64,000 bases of DNA from Myxococcales bacterium UBA4248. Its GTDB lineage: Bacteria; Myxococcota_A; Bradymonadia; UBA4248. Below the pieces are notes generated by a model. It made no database searches, was not told where the DNA came from, and saw nothing but the letters and a program-made list of their open reading frames with translations. The stretch spans positions 1,214 to 65,213 of the forward strand of contig DGWW01000147.1 of NCBI GenBank assembly GCA_002395385.1. The letters run 5' to 3'. This document shows, piece after piece, positions 19,015 through 27,702 of this stretch (position 1 is the stretch's first letter; each line of letters opens with the position of its first letter). The translations under genes and the position numbers were made by a program.

Positions 19015-19205
19015 GTCCACAAGTTATCCACAGGATTATCACCCCCCTTGTGCAAAATCAGGCGAGTCAAGCAGAAAAACTTCTTTCTCTAAAAATATAT
19101 TTTTCCTTTTAAATACAGTAGTTTACGAAAATTGATTCAATTTTATCCTTGACAGGGTTTTCATCCGTTCATCCACAGTTTAAATTGCCATCCTGTGGAT
19201 AAGTT
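19015..19205. promoter_or_regulatory. cluster of DnaA-box-like 9-mers flanking an AT-rich stretch
   Basis: TTATCCACA at about 19024 and, on the reverse strand, at about 19194 (TGTGGATAA). Variants TTATCCTTG (19143), TTCATCCGT and TTCATCCACA (19160-19177). AT-rich block 19081-19150. Hairpin CATCCACAG...CCTGTGGATAAG. Confidence 0.5.
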
Positions 19206-19235
19206 GTGCACATTTGGGGAACTTGTGTACTTTTG

Positions 19236-21173
19236 CTAGGGTAAAAACCGAATATGCAAGCAGGAAATGCCTTGCGACTTCAAAATGGGCGAAGTTTGTT
19301 CAAAGAGTCCCCCGACATCCTCTTCGTGCACCATTTGAGGGAAAACCGCTGCCGTATAAATTTGTCGTACAAAACTGCGCAACACGAGCGAATTGGCTTT
19401 CTTTTTCTTAAGAAGCTCCCACATCCCCGCATAATGTTTTCTCATAGTCGCAACATTGCAGGAAAAAGCAGATTCCATTTTTTGAGAGGTTACAATCACT
19501 CTTGGATTATCCGGAACATCCGCAGGTGAGATGGGCACCCATCTGCCCTGAGTTTTGCCCCATAAATGCGGCATTCCCAATGTTCGACAGATGATCATTT
19601 CGTCCAATCGGAGCACCATTTTGCGCGTTTTCCACGTGTTCTGCAGTTCTTCGCGCGCCTGAATTTTAGATTCAAAATGCGCCTGATAGGTTTCAATTTC
19701 ATCACTCTGATCGCGCGCTCTAAAAGTGACAATTCGTATTTGATCATGCTTCTGCCCCTTTCGAATCAGGCGCCCGTTTCTCTGTTGGATCAGCACCGGA
19801 TTCCATGGCAAATCAAAATGTATGATTGCGCATGCCCTCTGAAAATTTTGTCCGCAGGAAAAGGCATCCGTACAAATCAATATTCGGGCCATTTTCTGCC
19901 CGGTTCTATCCCACCATTCAGGCATCTTCAGGTCGGGGTTGAACATCGCCATGAGCAAATTGGCATCGATTTCGTAATGATTTAACCGTGCAGTTCCCGA
20001 TGTGAGCAGCCCCACACGTCCCAATTCCGAAAGCGACTTCTCTAAAATGCGCGCAGTATCACAGTATTGTGTAAAAATGACGATCTGCTCATCCTCATCC
20101 ATCGTTCGAATCCATGCCTTGAGGCGATGCAGTTTTTCATCCGGTTCATGCTTGCAAATCCATTCCAATTCGTGAACAACAGAACCAATTTGATCCAGAA
20201 TCTCGTTTAGATGAAACTGCCCCGTCTGCACTTCCCGCGTTCCTTTGCCCAAAGGCAAACATAACTGCCTGCCCTCTATGCCCATCATTTTATAAAAAGC
20301 TTTGCGCGTCATCAGACGATCCTCCGGATTGAGCGCACAAATCCTATAAAACCTCGCAATTTTTTTAAGACTGCACAAACAGGCTTCGCGATGACTGAAC
20401 AGACGATGTAACAACAAATTCCGTATGAGATGCAGCTCCACGGCCCCAGTCGATGTCTGAACCAGCCACGGAACGGTCTGGATCTGTTCGATAACCCTTT
20501 GAATTCCTGATTGACATGGGCTGATTGCATACACAATCTCACAATTCTGACATCCGAACAGTCCCTCCGGCATGAGCCTCATCACCAGCGTCTGCGGACG
20601 AATGGCATTGGCAAAACTCCTCAGCCATGCATTATCCTTGATGCAATCGGGAAATCCGCACAATGACATGAGCGCCCTTAGATCTGCCCAGGACAGACTA
20701 ACCGGTGTTGCCGTAATCAGGCACACCCGATGGCGAGCAGTCCAGACGCGCAAATGGCGGTGACGAAGCGTTGCGGGATTTTTTAATAGATGCGCTTCAT
20801 CCAAAATCCATAGGCTGTCCGGCACTTTTGGACAGTCAATCCTCTCAAGACTCACCATCTGATAGGAATAGAATGAAGCTTCAACCCCAAATATCGTCAA
20901 TACCCTGCGCCAGTGATCCTGCAAATGCGCTGGCGCAGCAACGACAATGTGTACGTCCGGATTGGTTTGCATATACCACGCTGCAAGTGCGGACACGACG
21001 AATGTTTTGCCTGTTCCGGTGGACTCATCCACAAGAACTGCACGATGATTGCTCAGGATTTCACAGCATGCCTGTAACGTTCTTTGCTGAGGTACTGTCA
21101 GCAAATCAAGTATTTCTGCCCCAACGGGAGGTGGTGTTTCGCGGTCTTCCAGGTACTGTCGTATGCAATCCAT
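19236..21173 (-). CDS. SNF2-family helicase/ATPase
   Basis: Motif I DESTGTGKT, motif II DEAH, motif III LITATPV. Helicase-C motifs ...ILICTDAFSCGQNFQ...HFDLPWNPVLIQQRNGRLIRKGQ. Begins 8 bp after the methyltransferase stop, so it is in an operon. Confidence 0.9.
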   Translation of the reverse strand: MDCIRQYLEDRETPPPVGAEILDLLTVPQQRTLQACCEILSNHRAVLVDESTGTGKTFVVSALAAWYMQTNPDVHIVVAAPAHLQDHWRRVLTIFGVEASFYSYQMVSLERIDCPKVPDSLWILDEAHLLKNPATLRHRHLRVWTARHRVCLITATPVSLSWADLRALMSLCGFPDCIKDNAWLRSFANAIRPQTLVMRLMPEGLFGCQNCEIVYAISPCQSGIQRVIEQIQTVPWLVQTSTGAVELHLIRNLLLHRLFSHREACLCSLKKIARFYRICALNPEDRLMTRKAFYKMMGIEGRQLCLPLGKGTREVQTGQFHLNEILDQIGSVVHELEWICKHEPDEKLHRLKAWIRTMDEDEQIVIFTQYCDTARILEKSLSELGRVGLLTSGTARLNHYEIDANLLMAMFNPDLKMPEWWDRTGQKMARILICTDAFSCGQNFQRACAIIHFDLPWNPVLIQQRNGRLIRKGQKHDQIRIVTFRARDQSDEIETYQAHFESKIQAREELQNTWKTRKMVLRLDEMIICRTLGMPHLWGKTQGRWVPISPADVPDNPRVIVTSQKMESAFSCNVATMRKHYAGMWELLKKKKANSLVLRSFVRQIYTAAVFPQMVHEEDVGGLFEQTSPILKSQGISCLHIRFLP

Positions 21174-21181
21174 AGCTCACC

Positions 21182-24157
21182 TCATGCACAGCGAAGATGG
21201 GCACTTGCCATGTATTTTTCAATCAGCACATCAATCTGCTGTGTGACTGCGCTGCACTCTGACTTCATGGAGTGACATTGCTTAGAAAGTTCAATCATTT
21301 CCTTCACTTCATCGGATTGTGTGTCTTCCCCAAAACACCAGGGCAGCCCCTCAATGACCCAGGCAAAAAATCTTCGGTAATTGTTCTGGGCATGTTCCGC
21401 GCGACGACTACAATAATCACGGGCAAATGAAGAATTCAGATAGGCTGACAGGAGATACCCGACATCGCGCGATCTGACAGCAATGTAATAAACGGTATTC
21501 AATGGAATAATGCCGGATTCCTCCACGAAACACGCTTCAATCGTGTGTGCAATATCGCGCCAGACCACCTTCGGAAAGGCCAAATGATGCGACACACCAA
21601 ACAAAGAATGACTGCATTTGCGCCCAAGTCCCTTTCGTGCAAGCAATCCCTCCCTGTTCTGTTCAAACCAGCGCTCTGCACAAGGAGGCAATTGCCCAAG
21701 TACCTCCATTCCTCGATCAAATGCATGGGTAAACACAATTTCCCTTTCTGTTCGATACCCATACGCCCGAATATCAGCACCTCTCAACGCGGGATGTATC
21801 AGCATTCGCTCGATCTCAATCGGCTCAGAACGAGTTCTCATCCGCGCCAGCACCAAATGACCTGCAGCCATGGTCTCGGCGGGTATGAAGATGTCATTCG
21901 CCCCGGTACAGACACCTCTTTTCACTGTAAAAAAGTCGCCGATCGTACCATTCAGGGAAGACGGGTTCTTCAAAATGAGCTCCGGACGCGGCGATGGCTT
22001 TGTCTTCTGAGATACAAATGTCGGCTGTATTTCGGTCCTGCACAAAATCAAAGTTGTCGGATATGCAGCAGCCGCAAATGTATTGCATTTCGAATGAGAC
22101 AAATCCTGAATGGACATAATCACAGTATGCGAAGCAATATGGTTTCTGAAACTCTCATAGGACGGAGCATTGAATAATTTGTTCGGAACGATCATGGCAA
22201 TCAGTCCATTCGATCGCGCACATCGAATCGCTTTTTCAATAAAAAGCGCACTCACATCGGAGGATTGCGCTTTCGTCCCCCGAATGGGAATCGCCGTCTG
22301 ATAAAGCACACGAAGGGCATTTTGTGCAGAATCGGGCATGGTGTGCAGCGAAAACCACGGAGGATTCCCCAAAACCATATCAAAACCACCCTGCTCGAGA
22401 ATGTCCCCAAAATGAATTTCAAAACTGAATCCCGGAACAAGCCCAAACTCCAGATAATTCCTGAACTTAACCTTTTGTGCTTCGAGTACCGCCAGATGCT
22501 TCTGGTCCCGGACCGAAATCTGTGCTTTTCCAAACAACGCCCCTTGCACACTTCGGTACTGCCGGCATGCATCATCACACTGCGCAATCATCTGCGACAT
22601 CATCTGTGCGCTCATTCGCTGCAGATTCAGTTCGATCTGTTTGGCTAGTTTTTTCTTAGTTGGCCCCGACGAAAGCCGATAACGATGTTTCAGGTGACTG
22701 ATCTCCTGAATACATGGCAAATCGCGTTTAGGTACCCCCAGTATTTTTGCCAGCTGGCCACATTCGACCAGTGCATCACCACACTGAATGTTGACATCGA
22801 GATTTGGTAGTGAAGGAATATCCTCAGTCTTGTCAAAATATTGCATCAGCTCAAGCCATAGCCGCAGTTCACAGATTTGCCTGGCCGCTGGCACAATATC
22901 CACGCCGTACAAATTCCTCGATAAAATCTGCCTGGCTAAACTCCCCGCAGATTCCGCATGAGAATAGCGATTTTGCAATCCCGTTCGAATACGATGCAAA
23001 AGGCTCAGTGAACACTGCAAAAAAGAGCCGCTGCCAGCTGCCGGATCGAGAATCGATAGCTTCGAGAGCCGTTCTTCAATCTTTTGGGCTGCTTCCGGCC
23101 CAATATCACCATACGCATCCCTCAACAGAATCCCATCAATTTGTGCCTCCGACAACGCCGTTTCATTCCGGAACCATTGACGAAAGACATCCAGCACCAC
23201 CTTCCTCGCCATTGGAATCGGCGTATAGTAAGACCCTGTCGCATTTCGATTATCTTTGCGCATCAGGGTCTCAAACACATGACCGAGCATGAGCGGATCG
23301 AGCGACAAAGCATGATTCGACTGTGAATGATGGGTTGTCAGTGCATAACGGCCAAATAATTCCCCCAAAATTTCAATCCAAATCTCATTGGGCGCCGTCA
23401 AATGCGGAGAACGCAATTCATGCCCACCCGGCGTGAACAAACCGCCATTTAAAAATGGGATTTTTCCAAACTTGCGAACGCGCTGGGTACGCCTGTGTGG
23501 GGCACGATTGAGCGTCTCGAAAAAGAGCGGCTGCAAAAAATCACCATAGATGGATCCACCGCCATCCCGGCATTTGCGCGCCTCTGCAACCAAAAAATCC
23601 GATCGATTATCCAAAATCCCGCGAGCCTCAAGGAATGCCGTAAAAAACAACCTCAAAAGGGTATCCAATGCAAGCTGATGCCGGATTTCATGCGTATCAT
23701 TTGTAATATTCTGCCAACTTTCAGCGAGTTTGTGACAATAATGCTTAAAAGAAGCAACAAATTTCTGTTCCAAACGCCGTTTCCCAAATTTGCGATCGAG
23801 CTCAAACACAAATTCCAGATAGGTTGACAAATCTCCTAGTTCAGCCAATTCCTCATTATTTTCCCACGCCACATCGTTGGCCACAATGGGGGATGCATCA
23901 AACACTGACTGTGCATAGATATCGATGACACATTTACCCGGGTAATCGATGATCACAACCGAATCTGGGTGCGTTTGCAGAAATCGGTGAATTCGACTTA
24001 TGACTGGCGCCGCCTCAGCACCAAAGACATAGATCTCCATACACGTCCCAACGGCCTTAAATGCACTGACGACATTCGTAATTTCAGCCTCTGCCAACTC
24101 AACAATACTGGCATGCCATGCATTGCGGACAAAATCGACGAGCCCCTTGTGTTCCAT
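21182..24157 (-). CDS. large N6-adenine DNA methyltransferase of the Eco57I/MmeI/PglX-like gamma class, with a helical N-domain and a C-terminal TRD
   Basis: FLNGGLF and GSYYTP motifs, SAM motif I LDPAAGSGSFL, motif IV NPPW, C-terminal TaqI_C-like specificity region. 991 aa. Confidence 0.9.
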   Translation of the reverse strand: MEHKGLVDFVRNAWHASIVELAEAEITNVVSAFKAVGTCMEIYVFGAEAAPVISRIHRFLQTHPDSVVIIDYPGKCVIDIYAQSVFDASPIVANDVAWENNEELAELGDLSTYLEFVFELDRKFGKRRLEQKFVASFKHYCHKLAESWQNITNDTHEIRHQLALDTLLRLFFTAFLEARGILDNRSDFLVAEARKCRDGGGSIYGDFLQPLFFETLNRAPHRRTQRVRKFGKIPFLNGGLFTPGGHELRSPHLTAPNEIWIEILGELFGRYALTTHHSQSNHALSLDPLMLGHVFETLMRKDNRNATGSYYTPIPMARKVVLDVFRQWFRNETALSEAQIDGILLRDAYGDIGPEAAQKIEERLSKLSILDPAAGSGSFLQCSLSLLHRIRTGLQNRYSHAESAGSLARQILSRNLYGVDIVPAARQICELRLWLELMQYFDKTEDIPSLPNLDVNIQCGDALVECGQLAKILGVPKRDLPCIQEISHLKHRYRLSSGPTKKKLAKQIELNLQRMSAQMMSQMIAQCDDACRQYRSVQGALFGKAQISVRDQKHLAVLEAQKVKFRNYLEFGLVPGFSFEIHFGDILEQGGFDMVLGNPPWFSLHTMPDSAQNALRVLYQTAIPIRGTKAQSSDVSALFIEKAIRCARSNGLIAMIVPNKLFNAPSYESFRNHIASHTVIMSIQDLSHSKCNTFAAAAYPTTLILCRTEIQPTFVSQKTKPSPRPELILKNPSSLNGTIGDFFTVKRGVCTGANDIFIPAETMAAGHLVLARMRTRSEPIEIERMLIHPALRGADIRAYGYRTEREIVFTHAFDRGMEVLGQLPPCAERWFEQNREGLLARKGLGRKCSHSLFGVSHHLAFPKVVWRDIAHTIEACFVEESGIIPLNTVYYIAVRSRDVGYLLSAYLNSSFARDYCSRRAEHAQNNYRRFFAWVIEGLPWCFGEDTQSDEVKEMIELSKQCHSMKSECSAVTQQIDVLIEKYMASAHLRCA

Positions 24158-24190
24158 GGTTCATTCTCCCTGATGTGTTTTGAGTCACAC

Positions 24191-24236
24191 TCATTATATG
24201 GGCAATTTTTGACAAAAACGGCCAAAAAAAATGCAT
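24191..24236. promoter_or_regulatory. 45 bp dyad-symmetric promoter-region element, copy 1 of 3
   Basis: TATATGGGCAATTTTTGACAAAAACGGCCAAAAAAAATGCAT, 35-80 bp upstream of the methyltransferase start codon. On the minus strand it carries TATAAT. Copies 2 and 3 are at 47300 and 55841. Confidence 0.6.
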
Positions 24237-24261
24237 CAGGGTACTTTTTTTTATTTGCCGG

Positions 24262-24335
24262 GCTTTTCGGCTTTGCCTCAATACGCCCGGCCGCGTCCGC
24301 TATTGCCGTGGGCAATACGCGTCCGCCACCTTTTT
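24262..24335. repeat. REP-like palindromic repeat
   Basis: ..CAATACGCCCGGCC..GCTATTGCC-GTG-GGCAATACGCG.. Confidence 0.55.
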
Positions 24336-24371
24336 GACTCACAGTTCACGATTTTTAGCCCGGAACAAAAT

Positions 24372-24398
24372 AAAAAAAACGCCCCGATTTGGGGCGTC
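24372..24398 (-). terminator. Rho-independent terminator for the minus-strand gene 24416..26179
   Basis: CGCCCCG-ATTT-GGGGCG followed by an 8 nt T-run on the minus strand. Confidence 0.7.
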
Positions 24399-24415
24399 TT
24401 CTCATTCTATTGCGT

Positions 24416-26179
24416 CTAATGAATGGGCTTTTCGGCGACAAAAATATTTTTAGGACTGGTCGCACCAAAGTAAGCACCTGGGAGTGAATAATCACCGCTC
24501 AATTCGACGACGCTAAATCCGGCTCGCATCAGTAATGCACGCATTTCAGTAATCGAGTAGAGCCTGATTTGAATCTTCTGTTCCCAGGGTGGACGCTTAG
24601 GATCATCAAATACGAAGGATCTCTGAACATTGAGGAAACCAGTCAATTGTTCAATATCAATTTCCTCGAGCAGCATGCACTCTTTGCCTTTCCACCATAA
24701 CCGCAAGGGAAGATCATCGACGATGAAATCGCGGTTCATGGTTTCAATGAGAAAGACACCACCCGGTTTAAGTGCATTAAAGATCCCCTGAAGGACTTTA
24801 AAGTTACTCAATTCGTCGAAATAGCCGAAGCTTGTATCGACATTGTAAATTGCATCAAAAATAGCCTTAAACGTCAGCTTTCTCATATCGCCGTGGACAA
24901 ACTTAATGGCTTGTCCTCTTGCCTGAGCATCGGCAAGTGCTTTTTTGAGCATGACCATCGAAAGATCGAGGCCGACCATATCAAACCCCTTCGAAGCCAG
25001 TTCAATGGTATGGCGACCATACCCACAGCACAGGTCGAGGACGCGCGCCCCCGATTCGATACCGAGACGATCGATGATAAATCTGGCTTCCCGGGCCGAC
25101 TGACGCGGCATACTCTTGGGAATAGTCCTGAAGTAGTCTTCATTAAATACTTTAGAATACCAATTATTATCGGGATGCTTAAAGGCAGCGAGATCTTTGC
25201 CTTCATCCAGTTTGCCGCCCGGTAGCAGATCGTTGATCGCATCCACGGTCATGACAAACTCGCCATCCTTAAGTACCCTGGCATTGGGCGCGGGTGCAGC
25301 TGCGACAGGAGGCATCGGCGGAAGCCCGGGCGGGCGTTTATTGGGCCCCGACTGAGGCGCGGCACTCACAGGAACGGACGTTCTTTCGGAAGAAGTTTCG
25401 GCCTCCAAAGCAGGCTTTTCAGAGGGAGCCGCAGGAACCTCAGGTAATCTTTCTGGTTTTTCTACTGGAATCGGTCTGAGTCCAGAATCCGTCTTTGCCT
25501 TTTCTTTCTCTGGCTTCGTTTTTTCCGATTTCGCCTTTTCCTTCAGCGTCTTATCGGTAAATTTCGTATCAAATGGTTTAATGGACGCTATCGGTTTGGC
25601 ATTCGAAATCGGTGTCGTTTCAGGAGCTTTATCGTCAGATGCTGTCGATTGGACTACCTCTTTTGCAGGTGCAGCTTCTTTCGCAGCGACGGGTTCTCTA
25701 ACCTGAATCTCTTTAGCCGTAGCAGCTTCTTCAGGTGTATCCGCCACAGGTTCTGTTTCTGCAAGTACAGTAGCTCTATCGAATCTCTGCGTGACTTCTT
25801 CTTCGATATCCGTATCGTCTTCCTCTTCATCCTCGATCGCAGCTTCGTCAGAGGTATCAGCCAAATCCCGATCGTCGGCTTCAGCTAGGGAGATCTCTTC
25901 CTTATCTGTCTCATTCCCCTTCGAAGCGTAATCCGATGCGCTGGCTGGTTCAAACCCCGGAGGCGGAGCGACAGCAGGAAGCGACGGATACGTTGCCAAT
26001 GCTTCAAAATTACTCGACGAAGTCAATATGTTGACCAGAGAGCGATTGACTGGTGACGAAGCCGTAGGAGGTGGCACAAAATCGTCGTCATCATCCTCAA
26101 GATCTTTAAGCAATTCTGCGGCATCTGGATCGTAAGAAGCATTGCCGGTATTAGCCATATCTTTGTTTTCCTTATCCAT
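24416..26179 (-). CDS. class I SAM-dependent methyltransferase with a long acidic/Pro-rich disordered N-terminal region
   Basis: C-terminal motif I VLDLCCGYGRHTIELASKGFDMVGLDLS (Methyltransf_11/25-like). The N-terminal 350 aa are low-complexity D/E/P/A-rich. Confidence 0.8.
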   Translation of the reverse strand: MDKENKDMANTGNASYDPDAAELLKDLEDDDDDFVPPPTASSPVNRSLVNILTSSSNFEALATYPSLPAVAPPPGFEPASASDYASKGNETDKEEISLAEADDRDLADTSDEAAIEDEEEDDTDIEEEVTQRFDRATVLAETEPVADTPEEAATAKEIQVREPVAAKEAAPAKEVVQSTASDDKAPETTPISNAKPIASIKPFDTKFTDKTLKEKAKSEKTKPEKEKAKTDSGLRPIPVEKPERLPEVPAAPSEKPALEAETSSERTSVPVSAAPQSGPNKRPPGLPPMPPVAAAPAPNARVLKDGEFVMTVDAINDLLPGGKLDEGKDLAAFKHPDNNWYSKVFNEDYFRTIPKSMPRQSAREARFIIDRLGIESGARVLDLCCGYGRHTIELASKGFDMVGLDLSMVMLKKALADAQARGQAIKFVHGDMRKLTFKAIFDAIYNVDTSFGYFDELSNFKVLQGIFNALKPGGVFLIETMNRDFIVDDLPLRLWWKGKECMLLEEIDIEQLTGFLNVQRSFVFDDPKRPPWEQKIQIRLYSITEMRALLMRAGFSVVELSGDYSLPGAYFGATSPKNIFVAEKPIH

Positions 26180-26329
26180 GTCGTAAGCCTATTTGAGCAT
26201 GACGTCGATACGAGAAGTTACGCGAGACACGCACATCCATTCTAATGTGCTTTGGTAATCTAATCCAAAATCGAAAAAGAGAAAATAAATATATGAAAAA
26301 AGAAGGTTTAGCAGTCTTGCGAGCTTACC

Positions 26330-27175
26330 TTATTCCCAATTTCCCAAGGGACTTCCGTACTTGACCGACTCATTGGTATAGAGTTCTGAATTCGGCACAA
26401 AACCATCACTCTCGACCAAAATCACCACCGTGCTGCCAAGTTCAAAACATCCAATCTGATCGCCGGCAGAAATTTGCCACGGCGTAGACAGTTTGCGCAC
26501 AAACGGCGTTTTAAAGAGCGAACAGTTGGATTTGAACTCATCATAGAGAATGGAAATTTTACCCACGCAGGTTGCACCCACTTTGACGAGTGCACAACGC
26601 TTTCCCTTTGCTGTCAGCATAAACGAAGTCAGTCTTTCATTTGCAGGAAGGAGATCTTCTGCAAGCCAATAACCGAGCTTGTTAACGGGCAAAAGCCGCC
26701 CGGGTGCATAGCTCATATGTGTGATACACCCGGATGCAGGTGCATGAATGCGGTGATAGTTGGATGGAGACAGGTAAATGGTAAAGGCATAAGCATCCCT
26801 GAGCCACCCCGTCAATTCCTTGTCCTGAGTTGCCACGAGTTTATTCACATCATAAACCTGGCCCTTGGCCTCCAAAAGAGTGCCCTCACAAATACGGCCG
26901 CAATACGAAAGCGTTCCGTCAACCGGAGACACGAGATCATCCCCCGAGACAAGGCGCGCATGTTCCTTTAAAGGACGAGTAAAAAGCGCATTGAGCGTCC
27001 GGCAGTCCTTAAGAGAAAGTTGTGACTCTTCCATATTGAGCCTTGCGAAACTTGCAAAAGCTGAATTGACCGCATTTTGAATGGGGGCCGGGAAAGCATG
27101 CTCTGCAACGACCCCGAATGCCCTGCTTGCAATGGCAGATGGCAAAATATCCAATAATTTTTGGGCAAATCCCAT
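26330..27175 (-). CDS. psd: phosphatidylserine decarboxylase proenzyme
   Basis: YHRIHAPASGCI...LPVN, and the LGST self-cleavage motif near the C-terminus. Confidence 0.9.
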   Translation of the reverse strand: MGFAQKLLDILPSAIASRAFGVVAEHAFPAPIQNAVNSAFASFARLNMEESQLSLKDCRTLNALFTRPLKEHARLVSGDDLVSPVDGTLSYCGRICEGTLLEAKGQVYDVNKLVATQDKELTGWLRDAYAFTIYLSPSNYHRIHAPASGCITHMSYAPGRLLPVNKLGYWLAEDLLPANERLTSFMLTAKGKRCALVKVGATCVGKISILYDEFKSNCSLFKTPFVRKLSTPWQISAGDQIGCFELGSTVVILVESDGFVPNSELYTNESVKYGSPLGNWE

Positions 27176-27702
27176 TTTCGACTCCTGAAGGTATTATACA
27201 TGAACAACATGCCAATACGTAAATTGCAGTTTAATGCGATTTGCATGCAAGTGCAAATTCGTGGACTCACCCTAGCCCAACGAAACAGTTCGGCTGAATG
27301 GTTACCCCGATCATCGTTACTAATCAGCCGGGGCTCTGCCCATGGTGTACGCAAAGTTCGCAGATAATGCATTATATAAAGCCCGCAGAAAAAGAATGCG
27401 ACGGCCCTGAGCACCTCCCCCATCTCTCTACGGTATTTGTAGTGACTTTAGCCTCAGCCCTTACAAACCAGCTAACATTCGTACTAAAAAGTGAGCATCG
27501 ATAGATGCGAACAAATCCGTTTGTTAAAACCTACAAGGCTGGCGGCTGAGTAGTAATCGATCATCAACGACTGTTCTCAGACACCTTTACAACCCTGTAA
27601 AAGCATGCTATAAAGGGTTGAGTTGGCGTGTGTAGAGCCTGACACACATAAAGTCATTACCAGCAATGAACAGCGAGAATAAAGGTCATTGAGGGAGTCA
27701 AT

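Noticed and set aside
21182-24157. PD-ExK nuclease motif in the methyltransferase N-terminus (VIIDYPGKCVID), which would make it a Type IIL/IIG enzyme
   Set aside because: No convincing D..(D/E)xK arrangement by eye. It is left as an open question for structure prediction.
24186-24240. Sigma-54 promoter interpretation of the 45 bp element
   Set aside because: The GG and GC spacing does not fit the -24/-12 geometry. Dyad symmetry favours an operator.
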